DNA of 62,982 bases, the filler included. It is 13 parts of 13 records of this genome, joined end to end, with 100 filler letters (N's around TTAATTAATTAA, not from the genome) between each part and the next. Parts side by side here need not be neighbours in the genome. Positions count along the whole stretch, not along the records: positions 18,988 to 24,210 come from SRR11831586_361; positions 24,311 to 31,110 come from SRR11831586_363; positions 31,211 to 33,415 come from SRR11831586_371; positions 33,516 to 40,125 come from SRR11831586_374; 9 more parts are not named here. One strand, 5' to 3'. This document shows positions 22,351 to 33,993 of the stretch, piece by piece. Made by a program: the position numbers and the translations under genes. The notes beneath the pieces were generated by a model that had not been told where the DNA came from, did not search any database, and was given only the letters and a program-made list of their open reading frames with translations. Position 1 is the first letter of the stretch; every line of letters starts with the position of its first letter.

Positions 22351-23637
22351 ATGAAACTCTACAATCTGAAAGATCACAACGAGCAGGTCAGCTTTGCGCA
22401 AGCCGTAACCCAGGGGTTGGGCAAAAATCAGGGGCTGTTTTTTCCGCACGACCTGCCGGAATTCAGCCTGACTGAAATTGATGAGATGCTGAAGCTGGAT
22501 TTTGTCACCCGCAGTGCGAAGATCCTCTCGGCGTTTATTGGTGATGAAATCCCACAGGAAATCCTGGAAGAGCGCGTGCGCGCGGCGTTTGCCTTCCCGG
22601 CTCCGGTCGCCAATGTTGAAAGCGATGTCGGTTGTCTGGAATTGTTCCACGGGCCAACGCTGGCATTTAAAGATTTCGGCGGTCGCTTTATGGCACAAAT
22701 GCTGACCCATATTGCGGGTGATAAGCCAGTGACCATTCTGACCGCGACCTCCGGTGATACCGGAGCGGCAGTGGCTCATGCTTTCTACGGTTTACCGAAT
22801 GTGAAAGTGGTTATCCTCTATCCACGAGGCAAAATCAGTCCACTGCAAGAAAAACTGTTCTGTACATTGGGCGGCAATATCGAAACTGTTGCCATCGACG
22901 GCGATTTCGATGCCTGTCAGGCGCTGGTGAAGCAGGCGTTTGATGATGAAGAACTGAAAGTGGCGCTAGGGTTAAACTCGGCTAACTCGATTAACATCAG
23001 CCGTTTGCTGGCGCAGATTTGCTACTACTTTGAAGCTGTTGCGCAGCTGCCGCAGGAGACGCGCAACCAGCTGGTTGTCTCGGTGCCAAGCGGAAACTTC
23101 GGCGATTTGACGGCGGGTCTGCTGGCGAAGTCACTCGGTCTGCCGGTGAAACGTTTTATTGCTGCGACCAACGTGAACGATACCGTGCCACGTTTCCTGC
23201 ACGACGGTCAGTGGTCACCCAAAGCGACTCAGGCGACGTTATCCAACGCGATGGACGTGAGTCAGCCGAACAACTGGCCGCGTGTGGAAGAGTTGTTCCG
23301 CCGCAAAATCTGGCAACTGAAAGAGCTGGGTTATGCAGCCGTGGATGATGAAACCACGCAACAGACAATGCGTGAGTTAAAAGAACTGGGCTACACTTCG
23401 GAGCCGCACGCTGCCGTAGCTTATCGTGCGCTGCGTGATCAGTTGAATCCAGGCGAATATGGCTTGTTCCTCGGCACCGCGCATCCGGCGAAATTTAAAG
23501 AGAGCGTGGAAGCGATTCTCGGTGAAACGTTGGATCTGCCAAAAGAGCTGGCAGAACGTGCTGATTTACCCTTGCTTTCACATAATCTGCCCGCCGATTT
23601 TGCTGCGTTGCGTAAATTGATGATGAATCATCAGTAA
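22351..23637 (+). CDS. thrC: Threonine synthase
   Basis: FHGPTLAFKDFG PLP-lysine motif. Confidence 0.98.
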   Translation: MKLYNLKDHNEQVSFAQAVTQGLGKNQGLFFPHDLPEFSLTEIDEMLKLDFVTRSAKILSAFIGDEIPQEILEERVRAAFAFPAPVANVESDVGCLELFHGPTLAFKDFGGRFMAQMLTHIAGDKPVTILTATSGDTGAAVAHAFYGLPNVKVVILYPRGKISPLQEKLFCTLGGNIETVAIDGDFDACQALVKQAFDDEELKVALGLNSANSINISRLLAQICYYFEAVAQLPQETRNQLVVSVPSGNFGDLTAGLLAKSLGLPVKRFIAATNVNDTVPRFLHDGQWSPKATQATLSNAMDVSQPNNWPRVEELFRRKIWQLKELGYAAVDDETTQQTMRELKELGYTSEPHAAVAYRALRDQLNPGEYGLFLGTAHPAKFKESVEAILGETLDLPKELAERADLPLLSHNLPADFAALRKLMMNHQ

Positions 23638-23660
23638 AATCTATTCATTATCTCAATCAG

Positions 23661-23693
23661 GCCGGGTTTGCTTTTATGCAGCCCGGCTTTTTT
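23661..23693 (+). terminator. Intrinsic terminator after thrC
   Basis: GCCGGG...CCCGGC stem followed by T run. Confidence 0.8.
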
Positions 23694-23850
23694 ATGAAGA
23701 AATTATGGAGAAAAATGACAGGGAAAAAGGAGAAATTCTCAATAAATGCGGTAACTTAGAGATTAGGATTGCGGAGAATAACAACCGCCGTTCTCATCGA
23801 GTAATCTCCGGATATCGACCCATAACGGGCAATGATAAAAGGAGTAACCT

Positions 23851-24147
23851 GTGAAAAAGATGCAATCTATCGTACTCGCACTTTCCCTGGTTCTGGTCGC
23901 TCCCATGGCAGCACAGGCTGCGGAAATTACGTTAGTCCCGTCAGTAAAATTACAGATAGGCGATCGTGATAATCGTGGCTATTACTGGGATGGAGGTCAC
24001 TGGCGCGACCACGGCTGGTGGAAACAACATTATGAATGGCGAGGCAATCGCTGGCACCTACACGGACCGCCGCCACCGCCGCGCCACCATAAGAAAGCTC
24101 CTCATGATCATCACGGCGGTCATGGTCCAGGCAAACATCACCGCTAA
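23851..24147 (+). CDS. yaaX: DUF2502 family secreted protein
   Basis: Signal peptide, [15 protein letters not shown], His/Pro-rich tail. Confidence 0.93.
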   Translation: MKKMQSIVLALSLVLVAPMAAQAAEITLVPSVKLQIGDRDNRGYYWDGGHWRDHGWWKQHYEWRGNRWHLHGPPPPPRHHKKAPHDHHGGHGPGKHHR

Positions 24148-24155
24148 ATGACAAA

Positions 24156-24210
24156 TGCCGGGTAACAATCCGGCATTCAGCGCCTGATGCGACGCTGGCG
24201 CGTCTTATCA
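24156..24210. repeat. REP element at contig end
   Basis: TGCCGG...CCGGCA hairpin followed by GCCTGATGCGACGCTGGCGCGTCTTATCA. Confidence 0.85.
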
Positions 24211-24310
24211 NNNNNNNNNNNNNNNNNNNNNNNNNNNNNNNNNNNNNNNNNNNNTTAATTAATTAANNNNNNNNNNNNNNNNNNNNNNNNNNNNNNNNNN
24301 NNNNNNNNNN

Positions 24311-25047
24311 CGACCATCACCGCTTATGACTATAGCTTCGCCAAACTCTTTGCTGATGAAGGGCTTAACGTCATGCTGGTGGGCGATTCGCTGGGCATGA
24401 CGGTTCAGGGGCACGACTCCACCCTGCCAGTTACCGTTGCCGATATCGCCTACCACACTGCCGCCGTACGTCGCGGCGCACCAAACTGCCTGCTGCTGGC
24501 TGACCTGCCGTTTATGGCGTATGCCACGCCGGAACAAGCCTTCGAAAACGCCGCAACGGTTATGCGTGCCGGTGCTAACATGGTCAAAATTGAAGGCGGT
24601 GAGTGGCTGGTAGAAACCGTACAAATGCTGACCGAACGTGCCGTTCCTGTATGTGGTCACTTAGGTTTAACACCACAGTCAGTGAATATTTTCGGTGGCT
24701 ACAAAGTTCAGGGGCGCGGCGATGAAGCGGGCGATCAACTGCTCAGCGATGCATTAGCCTTAGAAGCTGCTGGGGCACAGCTGCTGGTGCTGGAATGCGT
24801 GCCGGTTGAACTGGCAAAACGTATTACCGAAGCACTGGCGATCCCGGTTATTGGCATTGGCGCAGGCAACGTCACTGACGGGCAGATCCTCGTGATGCAC
24901 GACGCCTTTGGTATTACCGGCGGTCACATTCCTAAATTCGCTAAAAATTTCCTCGCCGAAACGGGCGACATCCGCGCGGCTGTGCGGCAGTATATGGCTG
25001 AAGTGGAGTCCGGCGTTTATCCGGGCGAAGAACACAGTTTCCATTAA
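24311..25047 (+). CDS. panB: 3-methyl-2-oxobutanoate hydroxymethyltransferase, 5'-truncated
   Basis: LVGDSLGM and GHLGLTPQ motifs. Confidence 0.96.
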
Positions 25048-25058
25048 GGAGTCACGTT

Positions 25059-25910
25059 GTGTTAATTATCGAAACCCTGCCGCTGCTGCGTCAGCAAATT
25101 CGCCGCCTGCGTATGGAAGGCAAGCGCGTGGCGCTGGTGCCTACCATGGGTAACCTGCACGATGGCCATATGAAGCTGGTCGACGAAGCCAAAGCCCGCG
25201 CCGATGTGGTCGTCGTCAGTATTTTCGTTAACCCGATGCAGTTCGACCGCCCGGAAGATCTGGCTCGTTATCCACGGACCTTGCAGGAGGACTGCGAGAA
25301 GCTAAACAAACGTAAAGTGGATTTAGTTTTCGCCCCTTCGGTAAAAGAGATCTACCCGAACGGTACTGAAACCCACACTTACGTTGACGTTCCTGGCCTT
25401 TCGACCATGCTGGAAGGTGCCAGCCGTCCGGGACATTTTCGCGGCGTTTCGACTATTGTCAGCAAGCTGTTCAACCTGGTCCAGCCGGACATCGCCTGCT
25501 TCGGTGAAAAAGATTTTCAGCAACTGGCGCTGATCCGCAAAATGGTTGCCGATATGGGCTTCGATATTGAGATTGTCGGTGTGCCAATTATGCGCGCCAA
25601 AGACGGTCTGGCGCTAAGTTCCCGTAACGGTTATCTGACGGCGGAACAACGCAAAATTGCGCCTGGTCTGTACAAAGTTTTAAGTTCGATTGCTGACAAA
25701 TTGCAGGCTGGGGAACGGGATCTCGATGAAATTATTACCATTGCGGGGCAAGAACTGAATGAAAAAGGCTTCCGCGCCGATGATATTCAGATTCGCGATG
25801 CCGACACATTGCTGGAAGTTTCTGAAACCAGCAAACGGGCAGTAATTCTGGTAGCCGCCTGGCTTGGCGATGCTCGCCTGATCGACAACAAAATGGTCGA
25901 GCTGGCGTAA
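25059..25910 (+). CDS. panC: Pantothenate synthetase
   Basis: [10 protein letters not shown] and GEKDFQQ motifs. Confidence 0.98.
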   Translation: MLIIETLPLLRQQIRRLRMEGKRVALVPTMGNLHDGHMKLVDEAKARADVVVVSIFVNPMQFDRPEDLARYPRTLQEDCEKLNKRKVDLVFAPSVKEIYPNGTETHTYVDVPGLSTMLEGASRPGHFRGVSTIVSKLFNLVQPDIACFGEKDFQQLALIRKMVADMGFDIEIVGVPIMRAKDGLALSSRNGYLTAEQRKIAPGLYKVLSSIADKLQAGERDLDEIITIAGQELNEKGFRADDIQIRDADTLLEVSETSKRAVILVAAWLGDARLIDNKMVELA

Positions 25911-25983
25911 TACTTAACTGGCGCTACGGCTGATGGCGCCAGTTATTAATTTACCCCACGTCATCTGTCATAACACAGGTAAC

Positions 25984-26886
25984 TTAAATAAGGTTAATTA
26001 CCTTATCAATCTCAGCAAGAGGTAAATTTGCCATCTCTGCAACGTCTTCCCGAGACATTCCTTTACTCAGAAGACGCTGGGCGAATTCCTGACTTACTTC
26101 CTGTCTTCCCTGCTGAATCCCCTTCTCAATCCCTTTCTCTTCAAACCACTGCGCCAGCGTCATCATAGACTCCCCTCCCGTTTCCCTGTCTCTCAACACA
26201 CCGTAAAACAAATCCGCTTGTTCAGTATGACCGCGTTGCAGCATATAGTTTTGCATGGCAACTAACTGACTTCCGCTAGTGTACCCTTCGTCGATCAGCG
26301 TGACCAGTTGCTCAAGCAATAACATTAAGTCGCGCTGGCGAATATGTTTTTGCAGTAGTTCGAGAATCGCAATCCGCCGATGTTGCATGATTTCGTCATC
26401 CGGTGTGATGGTGATATCCACCAGCGGGAAAGGACTGTTATAGACGCGTCGCGCCAGCTCCGGCGAGTAAAACATATCAAACCAGCACATTGATAGCGGA
26501 TAAGGTGTGGCCTCGCCCTGATAAAACAGTATCGGCACCACCAGCGGCAGCTTATCGTGGTCAGCCTCCAGATGCCGGTGCATGGCGGCTATAGAATAAC
26601 GCATCATGCGAAAGGCCATTTTCTTATCCGGCTTGCTTTGGTGTTCAATCACAACATGCAGATAACCGGGATTGCCCTGCATTTGCACGGAATAGAGCAC
26701 GTCCGTGCTGTGTCCTTTCAGGCTCTCTTCAATGAAACTCCCCGACTCTAAATGAAGCGTGTTGAGGTCACAAAGTTCGCGTAATTCCACTGGCAAATGT
26801 ATCTCCAGAAAGTCGCGAGCCGTCTCCGCATGCATTAAAAATTGTTTAAATACCGCGTCATGCGGTGTGGTACTCGGTGCATCCAT
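25984..26886 (-). CDS. rpnC: Recombination-promoting nuclease (YhgA-like/Transposase_31 family, YadD)
   Basis: TPHDAVFKQFL, DVLYS, IEHQS motifs; located between panC and panD. Confidence 0.93.
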   Translation of the reverse strand: MDAPSTTPHDAVFKQFLMHAETARDFLEIHLPVELRELCDLNTLHLESGSFIEESLKGHSTDVLYSVQMQGNPGYLHVVIEHQSKPDKKMAFRMMRYSIAAMHRHLEADHDKLPLVVPILFYQGEATPYPLSMCWFDMFYSPELARRVYNSPFPLVDITITPDDEIMQHRRIAILELLQKHIRQRDLMLLLEQLVTLIDEGYTSGSQLVAMQNYMLQRGHTEQADLFYGVLRDRETGGESMMTLAQWFEEKGIEKGIQQGRQEVSQEFAQRLLSKGMSREDVAEMANLPLAEIDKVINLI

Positions 26887-27159
26887 CTTCCCTGTCTTCC
26901 GTGTGGCTTTGCGTGAAGGCAGTATCCAGTCAAGGCGCGCTATCGTCAGCCACCTCTTTATTGTTTACCGAGCAGCGTTCAGAGAAATATCAATTCGTTA
27001 CAGGCGATACATGGCACGCTTCGGCGCGGTACGCAAACTGCTGACGCAAATGCCGTCAGATGAGTAGACACTAAACAAAAATCGGGCAATACTGCGTGAG
27101 AATTTCCTCAAAGCAGGCATCGCCTGCTTCGTTAACGACAGGGTAGAAAGGTAGAAGTT

Positions 27160-27540
27160 ATGATTCGCACGATGCTGCAGGGCAAACTCCACCGCGTGAA
27201 AGTGACTCATGCGGACCTGCACTATGAAGGTTCTTGCGCCATTGACCAGGATTTTCTTGACGCAGCCGGTATTCTCGAAAACGAAGCCATTGATATCTGG
27301 AATGTCACCAACGGCAAGCGTTTCTCCACTTATGCCATCGCGGCAGAACGCGGTTCGAGAATTATTTCTGTTAACGGTGCGGCGGCCCACTGCGCCAGTG
27401 TCGGCGATATTGTCATCATCGCCAGCTTCGTTACCATGCCAGATGAAGAAGCTCGCACCTGGCGACCCAACGTCGCCTATTTTGAAGGCGACAATGAAAT
27501 GAAACGTACCGCGAAAGCGATTCCGGTACAGGTTGCTTGA
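27160..27540 (+). CDS. panD: Aspartate 1-decarboxylase
   Basis: YEG/SCAID self-cleavage site, 126 aa. Confidence 0.98.
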
Positions 27541-27543
27541 TTG

Positions 27544-28773
27544 TTATCCCTGCGGCTGGTTACTCACCAGCCGCGACATCGTCTCCAGCGAATCCGTTCT
27601 TAAGATATAAAGTCGTTTTAGTAACAACGGATTATCCCCCGGTTTTACTTTGCCTTTCATGGTTGTCACCGCCAGGTGAAATCCGGCATCGTTTGCTGCC
27701 TTCACGGCGTTGTCATTAAATCCGCCAAACGGATACGAAAGATACCAGACATGCGGATTAAATTGCGCCAGAGCGCGGCGTGAACGTGCAAAATCAAACA
27801 GAATATTGTGCTCACTACGGCTCAGTAATATGGGTCGGCGATAACCATCTACCCGATGCAAAAAATGGGTATGTGACTGGAAATCAAATACATCGCGAAT
27901 TTCGTTAAGCTCAGAAACGCTCATAAATTGCAGCGATTTTGGGTTCCACTTCTGCGGGTGACGTTTGATGCGTGAGGTAACAATAAACGCCGTCGCCTTC
28001 ATGCCATATTGTTTCAACACAGGATACGCATAGCGGCTCACCGACTTGAGGCCATCATCAAAGGTAATCACCACCGCTCGCGCAGGGAGATTGATCTTAT
28101 TCTTCACGTAGCCTTCCAGCTGCACCATGCTCAGTGTCGCGTATCCCCTGTCACGCAGCCAGGCCATCTGGTTATTGAAAGCGCGTACCGATGTGGTCGT
28201 CGAAGTATGGCGAAAACGGGTGTTTTCTTCGTCGCGCAGAATATGGTGATAGGTTAGCACCGACAGGCCATTATCGGGTTGGGCATCCAGTGCGCTGATA
28301 TAGGCCAGTCGATCGCCAATACGGATCTGATACCAGGTTTGATTTAACCTGTCTTTCAGTTTATGCAAAATCGGGTAGCGCAAATTGTCCGCCAGTACCC
28401 CAAATGGCGCACTTCCCGCACTCGGCGCGTTATAGACCGGCGTATCTTTCCAGGTAACTAAGTTCTGATTACTCAGCGGCTTGTTGAGGTCGCCCAAACC
28501 GTCTTCAACTTTTTGTCGCCCCTGAACCGGCTCGAGATGACCTTTATCGATAAAACCTTTGCCAAAGCCAAAATTAAATGCGTAATAACTTGCGGCAGTG
28601 GGCTCCACGGCAATGATTTGTCCGGCCCGAATATTCCCCACGGTCACCATCTTGTCACCAATTTGCGCCCAGACCGCAGCATTTTCGATGGTTTGCATAT
28701 AACGGGCAGGTAACGCGGCACTGACACTTGCGGTAAACAGCATCAGCAGGAGAATAACAGCTTGTTTGTACAT
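27544..28773 (-). CDS. yadE: Putative polysaccharide deacetylase
   Basis: ITFDDG, SHTHFLH and YPFG NodB-type motifs. Confidence 0.94.
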
Positions 28774-28836
28774 GAAAAAATAACCGAGGGTGAAACAACG
28801 CTTTTATTGTAGCAAAAGCGCCATCAGAATCGCGGG

Positions 28837-29277
28837 TTAATACTCATACAAATTATGTTTGAGGACGAAAGGCGGATTTTTTTGTTGTTGGTGCCAAAGA
28901 CTACTCACCTCCGGCGCACCCAGTTCGACAATACGCTCGCGAAACTCTGAACTGGTCATGGTTTCACGGCAAGCCATCATCTGTTCAATTAACGGTAACG
29001 TGACACCAGAAATCACTTCGCAACGGGAGTGTTTGTGGCTTAATAATGAAGCCACGCGATACGGTGGCGCTCCGGCTATATCGGTTAAGAAGATGACACC
29101 CTCACCAGAGTCCGCTTCATGCAGAGCATCGCACATCATGCGGCTGAGCATATTAGAGCTTAATCCGCGCCAGAAATTCACGGCCCGGCACTGAAGAAGT
29201 GCCCCATGTTTTTTCTCCAGCGCATCCAGTATCTCTTGCGCCCGGTCATCGTGACAGGTAATTACCCAACCTAACAT
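28837..29277 (-). CDS. yadI: Putative PTS enzyme IIA (mannose family)
   Basis: VITCHD and FLTDIAGAPPY motifs. Confidence 0.92.
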   Translation of the reverse strand: MLGWVITCHDDRAQEILDALEKKHGALLQCRAVNFWRGLSSNMLSRMMCDALHEADSGEGVIFLTDIAGAPPYRVASLLSHKHSRCEVISGVTLPLIEQMMACRETMTSSEFRERIVELGAPEVSSLWHQQQKNPPFVLKHNLYEY

Positions 29278-29381
29278 CGCCTTCCTCCTTAGCCGAAAAT
29301 CAGTCTACCCTGACCATTGTTGATAAAGGGTGATAGCCGTCAAAACTCCTCTCCCCCAAATCCAGAGGAGAGGAAATAGCC

Positions 29382-30152
29382 TTAGCTACGCAAACCACGT
29401 CCACGTTGGATCAGCGACCAACAGATCAAATAAAACGCCACAATAAAGACCACCAGTACGCCAAAGGTAGTGACCAGCGGAACATCATTGATACCGAGGA
29501 AGCCGTAGCGGAAACCACTGATCATATAAACGATTGGGTTCAGGTGCGACAGCCCTTGCCAGAACGGCGGCAACAAAGTCAGTGAGTAAAAGACCCCGCC
29601 CAAATACGTGAGTGGCGTTAACACAAAGGTTGGCACCAGGCTGATGTCATCGAACGTTTTGGCAAACACACCGTTCAGCAAACCCGCAAGGGAGAACAAC
29701 ACCGCCGTGAGCACCAGCGTTAAGGCAACGAATACCCACGAATGCACCTGAAATGGCACAAAAAACAGTGAAATTGCCGTCACCAGAATGCCAACAAACA
29801 GACCACGCGCCACGCCACCGCCGACATATCCGGCAATAATGACGTGAGTCGGAACCGGCGCTACCAGCAGCTCTTCAATATTACGCTGGAACTTGGCACC
29901 AAAAAATGATGACGCAACGTTGGCGTAGGCATTGGTGATCACCGACATCATGATCAGCCCCGGTACGATGAACTGCATATAGCTGAAGCCATGCATATCG
30001 CCAATACGCGAACCAATCAGGTTACCGAAGATAATAAAGTAAAGGGTCATGGTGATGACTGGCGGCACCAGCGTCTGCACCCAGATACGCATAAAGCGAT
30101 GGATCTCTTTCGCCCAGATGCTTTTTAGCGCCACCCAGTAAAGATGCATCAT
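29382..30152 (-). CDS. yadH: ABC-2 transporter permease
   Basis: Multi-TM ABC-2 membrane protein downstream of yadG. Confidence 0.94.
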   Translation of the reverse strand: MMHLYWVALKSIWAKEIHRFMRIWVQTLVPPVITMTLYFIIFGNLIGSRIGDMHGFSYMQFIVPGLIMMSVITNAYANVASSFFGAKFQRNIEELLVAPVPTHVIIAGYVGGGVARGLFVGILVTAISLFFVPFQVHSWVFVALTLVLTAVLFSLAGLLNGVFAKTFDDISLVPTFVLTPLTYLGGVFYSLTLLPPFWQGLSHLNPIVYMISGFRYGFLGINDVPLVTTFGVLVVFIVAFYLICWSLIQRGRGLRS

Positions 30153-31076
30153 GCGCGATCTCCTTGTTTTTCATTAACCAGTGAAACAAACAGCTCTTCC
30201 AGACGGTTAGCTTTGTTACGCATACTTAATACCTGAATGCCCTGCTCACTTAACTGCGTAAATACGCTGTTGATCCCCTGCTCACGCAGCACTTCAACTT
30301 CCAGCGTCGCGGTATCGACCAGTCGATACTGATAGCCATCGAGCTTCGGTAACGGGCTTTTCGGTGCGAGATCGAGAATAAAGGTTTCCGATTTCAGCTT
30401 CGCCAGCAGCGCCTTCATCGAGGTATTTTCCACCAGCTCACCGTGTTGAATAATGCCGATATTGCGGCACAGCATTTCTGCTTCTTCCAGGTAGTGTGTG
30501 GTGAGAATGATGGTGGTGCCTTTGTCGTTTAAATCCTTCAAAAAGCCCCACATTGAGCGGCGAAGTTCAATATCCACGCCTGCGGTCGGTTCGTCGAGAA
30601 TCAGTAGTTTAGGTTCATGCATTAACGCACGGGCAATCATTAAACGGCGCTTCATCCCGCCAGATAACATACGCGCACGTTCGTTGCGTTTTCCCCATAG
30701 ATCGAGTTGTTTAAGATACTTTTCGCTGCGGATGTACGCTTCTTTGCGCTCCACGCCGTAGTACCCTGCCTGATTCACCACAATTTGCTGCACGGTTTCA
30801 AACGGGTTGAAGTTAAATTCCTGCGGCACCAGTCCCAACTGACGTTTAGCGTTCACGACATCCTTCTCGAGATCGTAACCAAATACGCTGACCCGCCCGG
30901 AGGTTTTATTTACCAGAGAGCTGATAATACCGATAGTGGTCGATTTCCCGGCCCCGTTCGGCCCGAGAAGCGCATAAAAATCACCCGCTTCGACCTGCAA
31001 ATCTATCCCACGAAGCGCCTGAACGCCGCCTGGATTAGGTTTTTTTAAGCTGTTGAAGTTCCAGTGCAATGGTCAT
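30149..31076 (-). CDS. yadG: ABC transporter ATP-binding subunit, apparent +1 frameshift near 31035
   Basis: ATG at 31076 gives MTIALELQQLKKT then TAA; the rest (GPNGAGKST, LSGG, ILDEPT) is in another frame; span 928 nt. Confidence 0.92.
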
Positions 31077-31210
31077 AAATTTTTACTTACCTTACGTTCT
31101 TACACTTTATNNNNNNNNNNNNNNNNNNNNNNNNNNNNNNNNNNNNNNNNNNNNTTAATTAATTAANNNNNNNNNNNNNNNNNNNNNNNNNNNNNNNNNN
31201 NNNNNNNNNN

Positions 31211-31898
31211 GGGCATATTAGCAGCATCATGCATGAGTGCAAGGGCGTCCGTGGGTGCGTCCTTGTAGATGAGCGATGCCAGGCTGCGGAGGATGGTAGC
31301 GGAGGGCTTGTGCGCAAACGCACGCTGCAGCAGGGAGACGGCTACACACACACAAAAAAAACACGACACATGTAAGCACGGGCGTGCACGAAAGGCTGAC
31401 GATGAGAAACACACAAAAATGATCTCAAAGGAAGGAGAAAGCGAGACACAAGGATACGATGCTGCATGAAGATAGAACGTGGAACTCTTATACCTAAGGG
31501 CCTATCACCGGCTGCAGTCGCCAAAGTCGCAGCAGCCTCCAAGGAGTCAAACGCAAGATCCACCATGGTAGATCGCTCAGCCCGCTCGGCAGCCCCCAGA
31601 AACAAGTTCAAAGACGACTGCGGGGTGTCTTCCAGTACGATGCGAGCCAGTTCAAACATAGCGTGCGGCATATCGGGGAACGTGTTGATTGCGGTTTGCA
31701 GCAGATTCGCTGCTTCCTGAAGCTGACCTGATTCGGTCATTTGTTTTGCTTGCGCACTAAGAGCACCGGGTGATGAGGAGACTTGATTCGATGAAACAGT
31801 TGCATATACATTGCAGCATGGTAATCTTCCACTGTTGCTTCCTGTGCCACGACGACGGACACAAGAAGAGCCGCAATGACGGCGATGGCCCTCATCAT
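31211..31898 (-). CDS. Secreted alpha-helical TPR-like protein, 3'-truncated; exons 31898-31810, 31756-31494, 31341-31211
   Basis: Signal peptide MMRAIAVIAALLVSVVVA, GT-AG introns in consistent phase, TPR-like GQLQEAANLLQTAINTFPDMPHAMFELARI. Confidence 0.65.
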
Positions 31899-32130
31899 GG
31901 CTGAAGATCCAAAGGAATCAATGAACTTCGCCGCTATTATTCGCTGGGACTGAAAACGAGGAAAGCAGGTTGGGTGACAGGCGAGCGGACAAACAATGCT
32001 GCCAGGGCGCAAACGAGTTTTCAAGTTCAAGTTTTCATGAATGCGCCATTAGTCCCGCTTCTTTTAACTTCCTCGTTCTAAGTCCGCTGCAGCGGCCGAA
32101 TTATGGCTAATTCGATGTAAACTGTGTTCT

Positions 32131-32847
32131 ATGCGAATGACACAAATCGAGTACAATTCTGGACCGCATGAATACCTCATTCGACGACTTCAGCCATCGG
32201 ATGTAGAATCCCTCGCTCAAGCGTTTGCAGACTCTTTCTCGCGGGATCCCCTCTGTGCGTTCCTGCAGTTCGATCCGAGTTCGCATGCGTCCTACGCACG
32301 CGATACAGCTGCGGAGTGGCTCCAACACGGCCTCTCCTTTGTGGCCGTGGAACGCAACGCCCCTGATGCAGTGGTCGCGTTTCAAGTGTGCACCCTGCTC
32401 CCACCCGCTCTCTCTAAGCCCCACGCCACACCGCCCACGCAGCAGGAACCTTCCTCGCGTTCACTGCGGTTTCTTTTGGAATGCTTGCACACACTGGACC
32501 GCGTAATGAGCATCCACGCACAAGTTCAAGGCGTTGACGCCGCTCAGGTCATGCTCATCGGATCGATCGGCTGCTTGCGTGCCCACGAGGGCCGTGGACT
32601 AGCAACGCAGCTCAACACGATCTGTCTGCAGCATGCACACAGCGCAGGAATGCGGTTCGCGTATGCACAGACGGCATCGCTGGTGTCTCAGCGCGTGCTT
32701 GCGAAGGGCGGCCTGTGTGTGGTGTATGAGGTTGCAATGCGGGACTTGGTGTTTGATGGGGAGCGACCGTTTGTGCGGTGGGCGCAGGACGCACTCGAGA
32801 CGGGGTCGCGGACGCTGCAGCTGATGGCGACGCGGTTGGATGTGTGA
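32131..32847 (+). CDS. GNAT N-acetyltransferase resembling insect-type arylalkylamine N-acetyltransferases, intronless
   Basis: IRRLQPSD, FSRDPL, GLSFVAVE, acetyl-CoA motif HEGRGLATQL, TASLVSQRV, C-terminal DGERPF. Confidence 0.75.
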   Translation: MRMTQIEYNSGPHEYLIRRLQPSDVESLAQAFADSFSRDPLCAFLQFDPSSHASYARDTAAEWLQHGLSFVAVERNAPDAVVAFQVCTLLPPALSKPHATPPTQQEPSSRSLRFLLECLHTLDRVMSIHAQVQGVDAAQVMLIGSIGCLRAHEGRGLATQLNTICLQHAHSAGMRFAYAQTASLVSQRVLAKGGLCVVYEVAMRDLVFDGERPFVRWAQDALETGSRTLQLMATRLDV

Positions 32848-33632
32848 GAGGGTGCGTTCGTTGATACGGTGCATGTGCATTGCCGCGGCGTGTTAGCGTA
32901 GAGGCATTCTGTACACGTGCTGCTGTGTGATGTTCGGGTCTATCGGGTATGGCATATCGCACGAGTAAGCGCACCTTGAGTCACATATGCTGTTGAAGTC
33001 GCATGATGCAGAAACCCCGAGGAAAATGACACCTTCTGCTCTGTATCAGCGGTAAGGTCTCTGCTCATTATTGGTGCCTGTTCTGATATGTGTGCAGAAC
33101 AACCACGTAGCACCCCTATTGTACAATGAGTTGTGGTTGTACGTGTGTGAAGGAATGGCCTTGAGCCAATATAATGAATTCACAATCAATTTGTTTATTA
33201 GATTTTCCACTTGCGCAAACTTACAGCACCACCGTCTATATGTAATTCATCAAATATTCTTAATCCCTAAGCTCACGTAATACACATCATAGGTCACTGC
33301 ACTACCACACCCCACACACAACAACACACAACGCCAAAGACACACACACTCATAGATACCGAACGAATTTGAAAGAGAATTCGTAGTCACCAGCACACAT
33401 ACACATGCCGTGGCTNNNNNNNNNNNNNNNNNNNNNNNNNNNNNNNNNNNNNNNNNNNNTTAATTAATTAANNNNNNNNNNNNNNNNNNNNNNNNNNNNN
33501 NNNNNNNNNNNNNNNAAACAAAAAATATTTGCGCAAAGTATTTCCTTTGTCATAAAAATAATACTTCCAGACACTATGAAGTTGTGAAACATAATGTTAA
33601 CTTCTCCATACTTTGGATAAGGAAATACAGAC

Positions 33633-33893
33633 ATGAAAAATCTCATTGCTGAGTTGTTATTTAAGCTTGCCCAAAAAGAAGAAGAGTCGAAAGAACTGTG
33701 TGCGCAGGTAGAAGCTTTGGAGATTATCGTCACTGCAATGCTTCGCAATATGGCGCAAAATGACCAACAGCGGTTGATTGATCAGGTAGAGGGGGCGCTG
33801 TACGAGGTAAAGCCCGATGCCAGCATTCCTGACGACGATACGGAGCTGCTGCGCGATTACGTAAAGAAGTTATTGAAGCATCCTCGTCAGTAA
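33633..33893 (+). CDS. iraP: Anti-adaptor protein IraP
   Basis: [22 protein letters not shown], 86 aa, upstream of phoA. Confidence 0.96.
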
Positions 33894-33913
33894 AAAGTTA
33901 ATCTTTTCAACAG

Positions 33914-33947
33914 CTGTCATAAAGTTGTCACGGCCGAGACTTATAGT
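33914..33947 (+). promoter_or_regulatory. Pho box (33914-33931) and -10 element of the phoA promoter
   Basis: CTGTCATAAAGTTGTCAC direct repeat followed by TATAGT at 33942-33947. Confidence 0.9.
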
Positions 33948-33993
33948 CGCTTTGTTTTTATTTTTTAATGTATTTGTACATGGAGAAAATAAA

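Noticed and set aside
25984-26886. rpnC as an active transposon
   Set aside because: Resident K-12 gene with no terminal inverted repeats or target-site duplication evident
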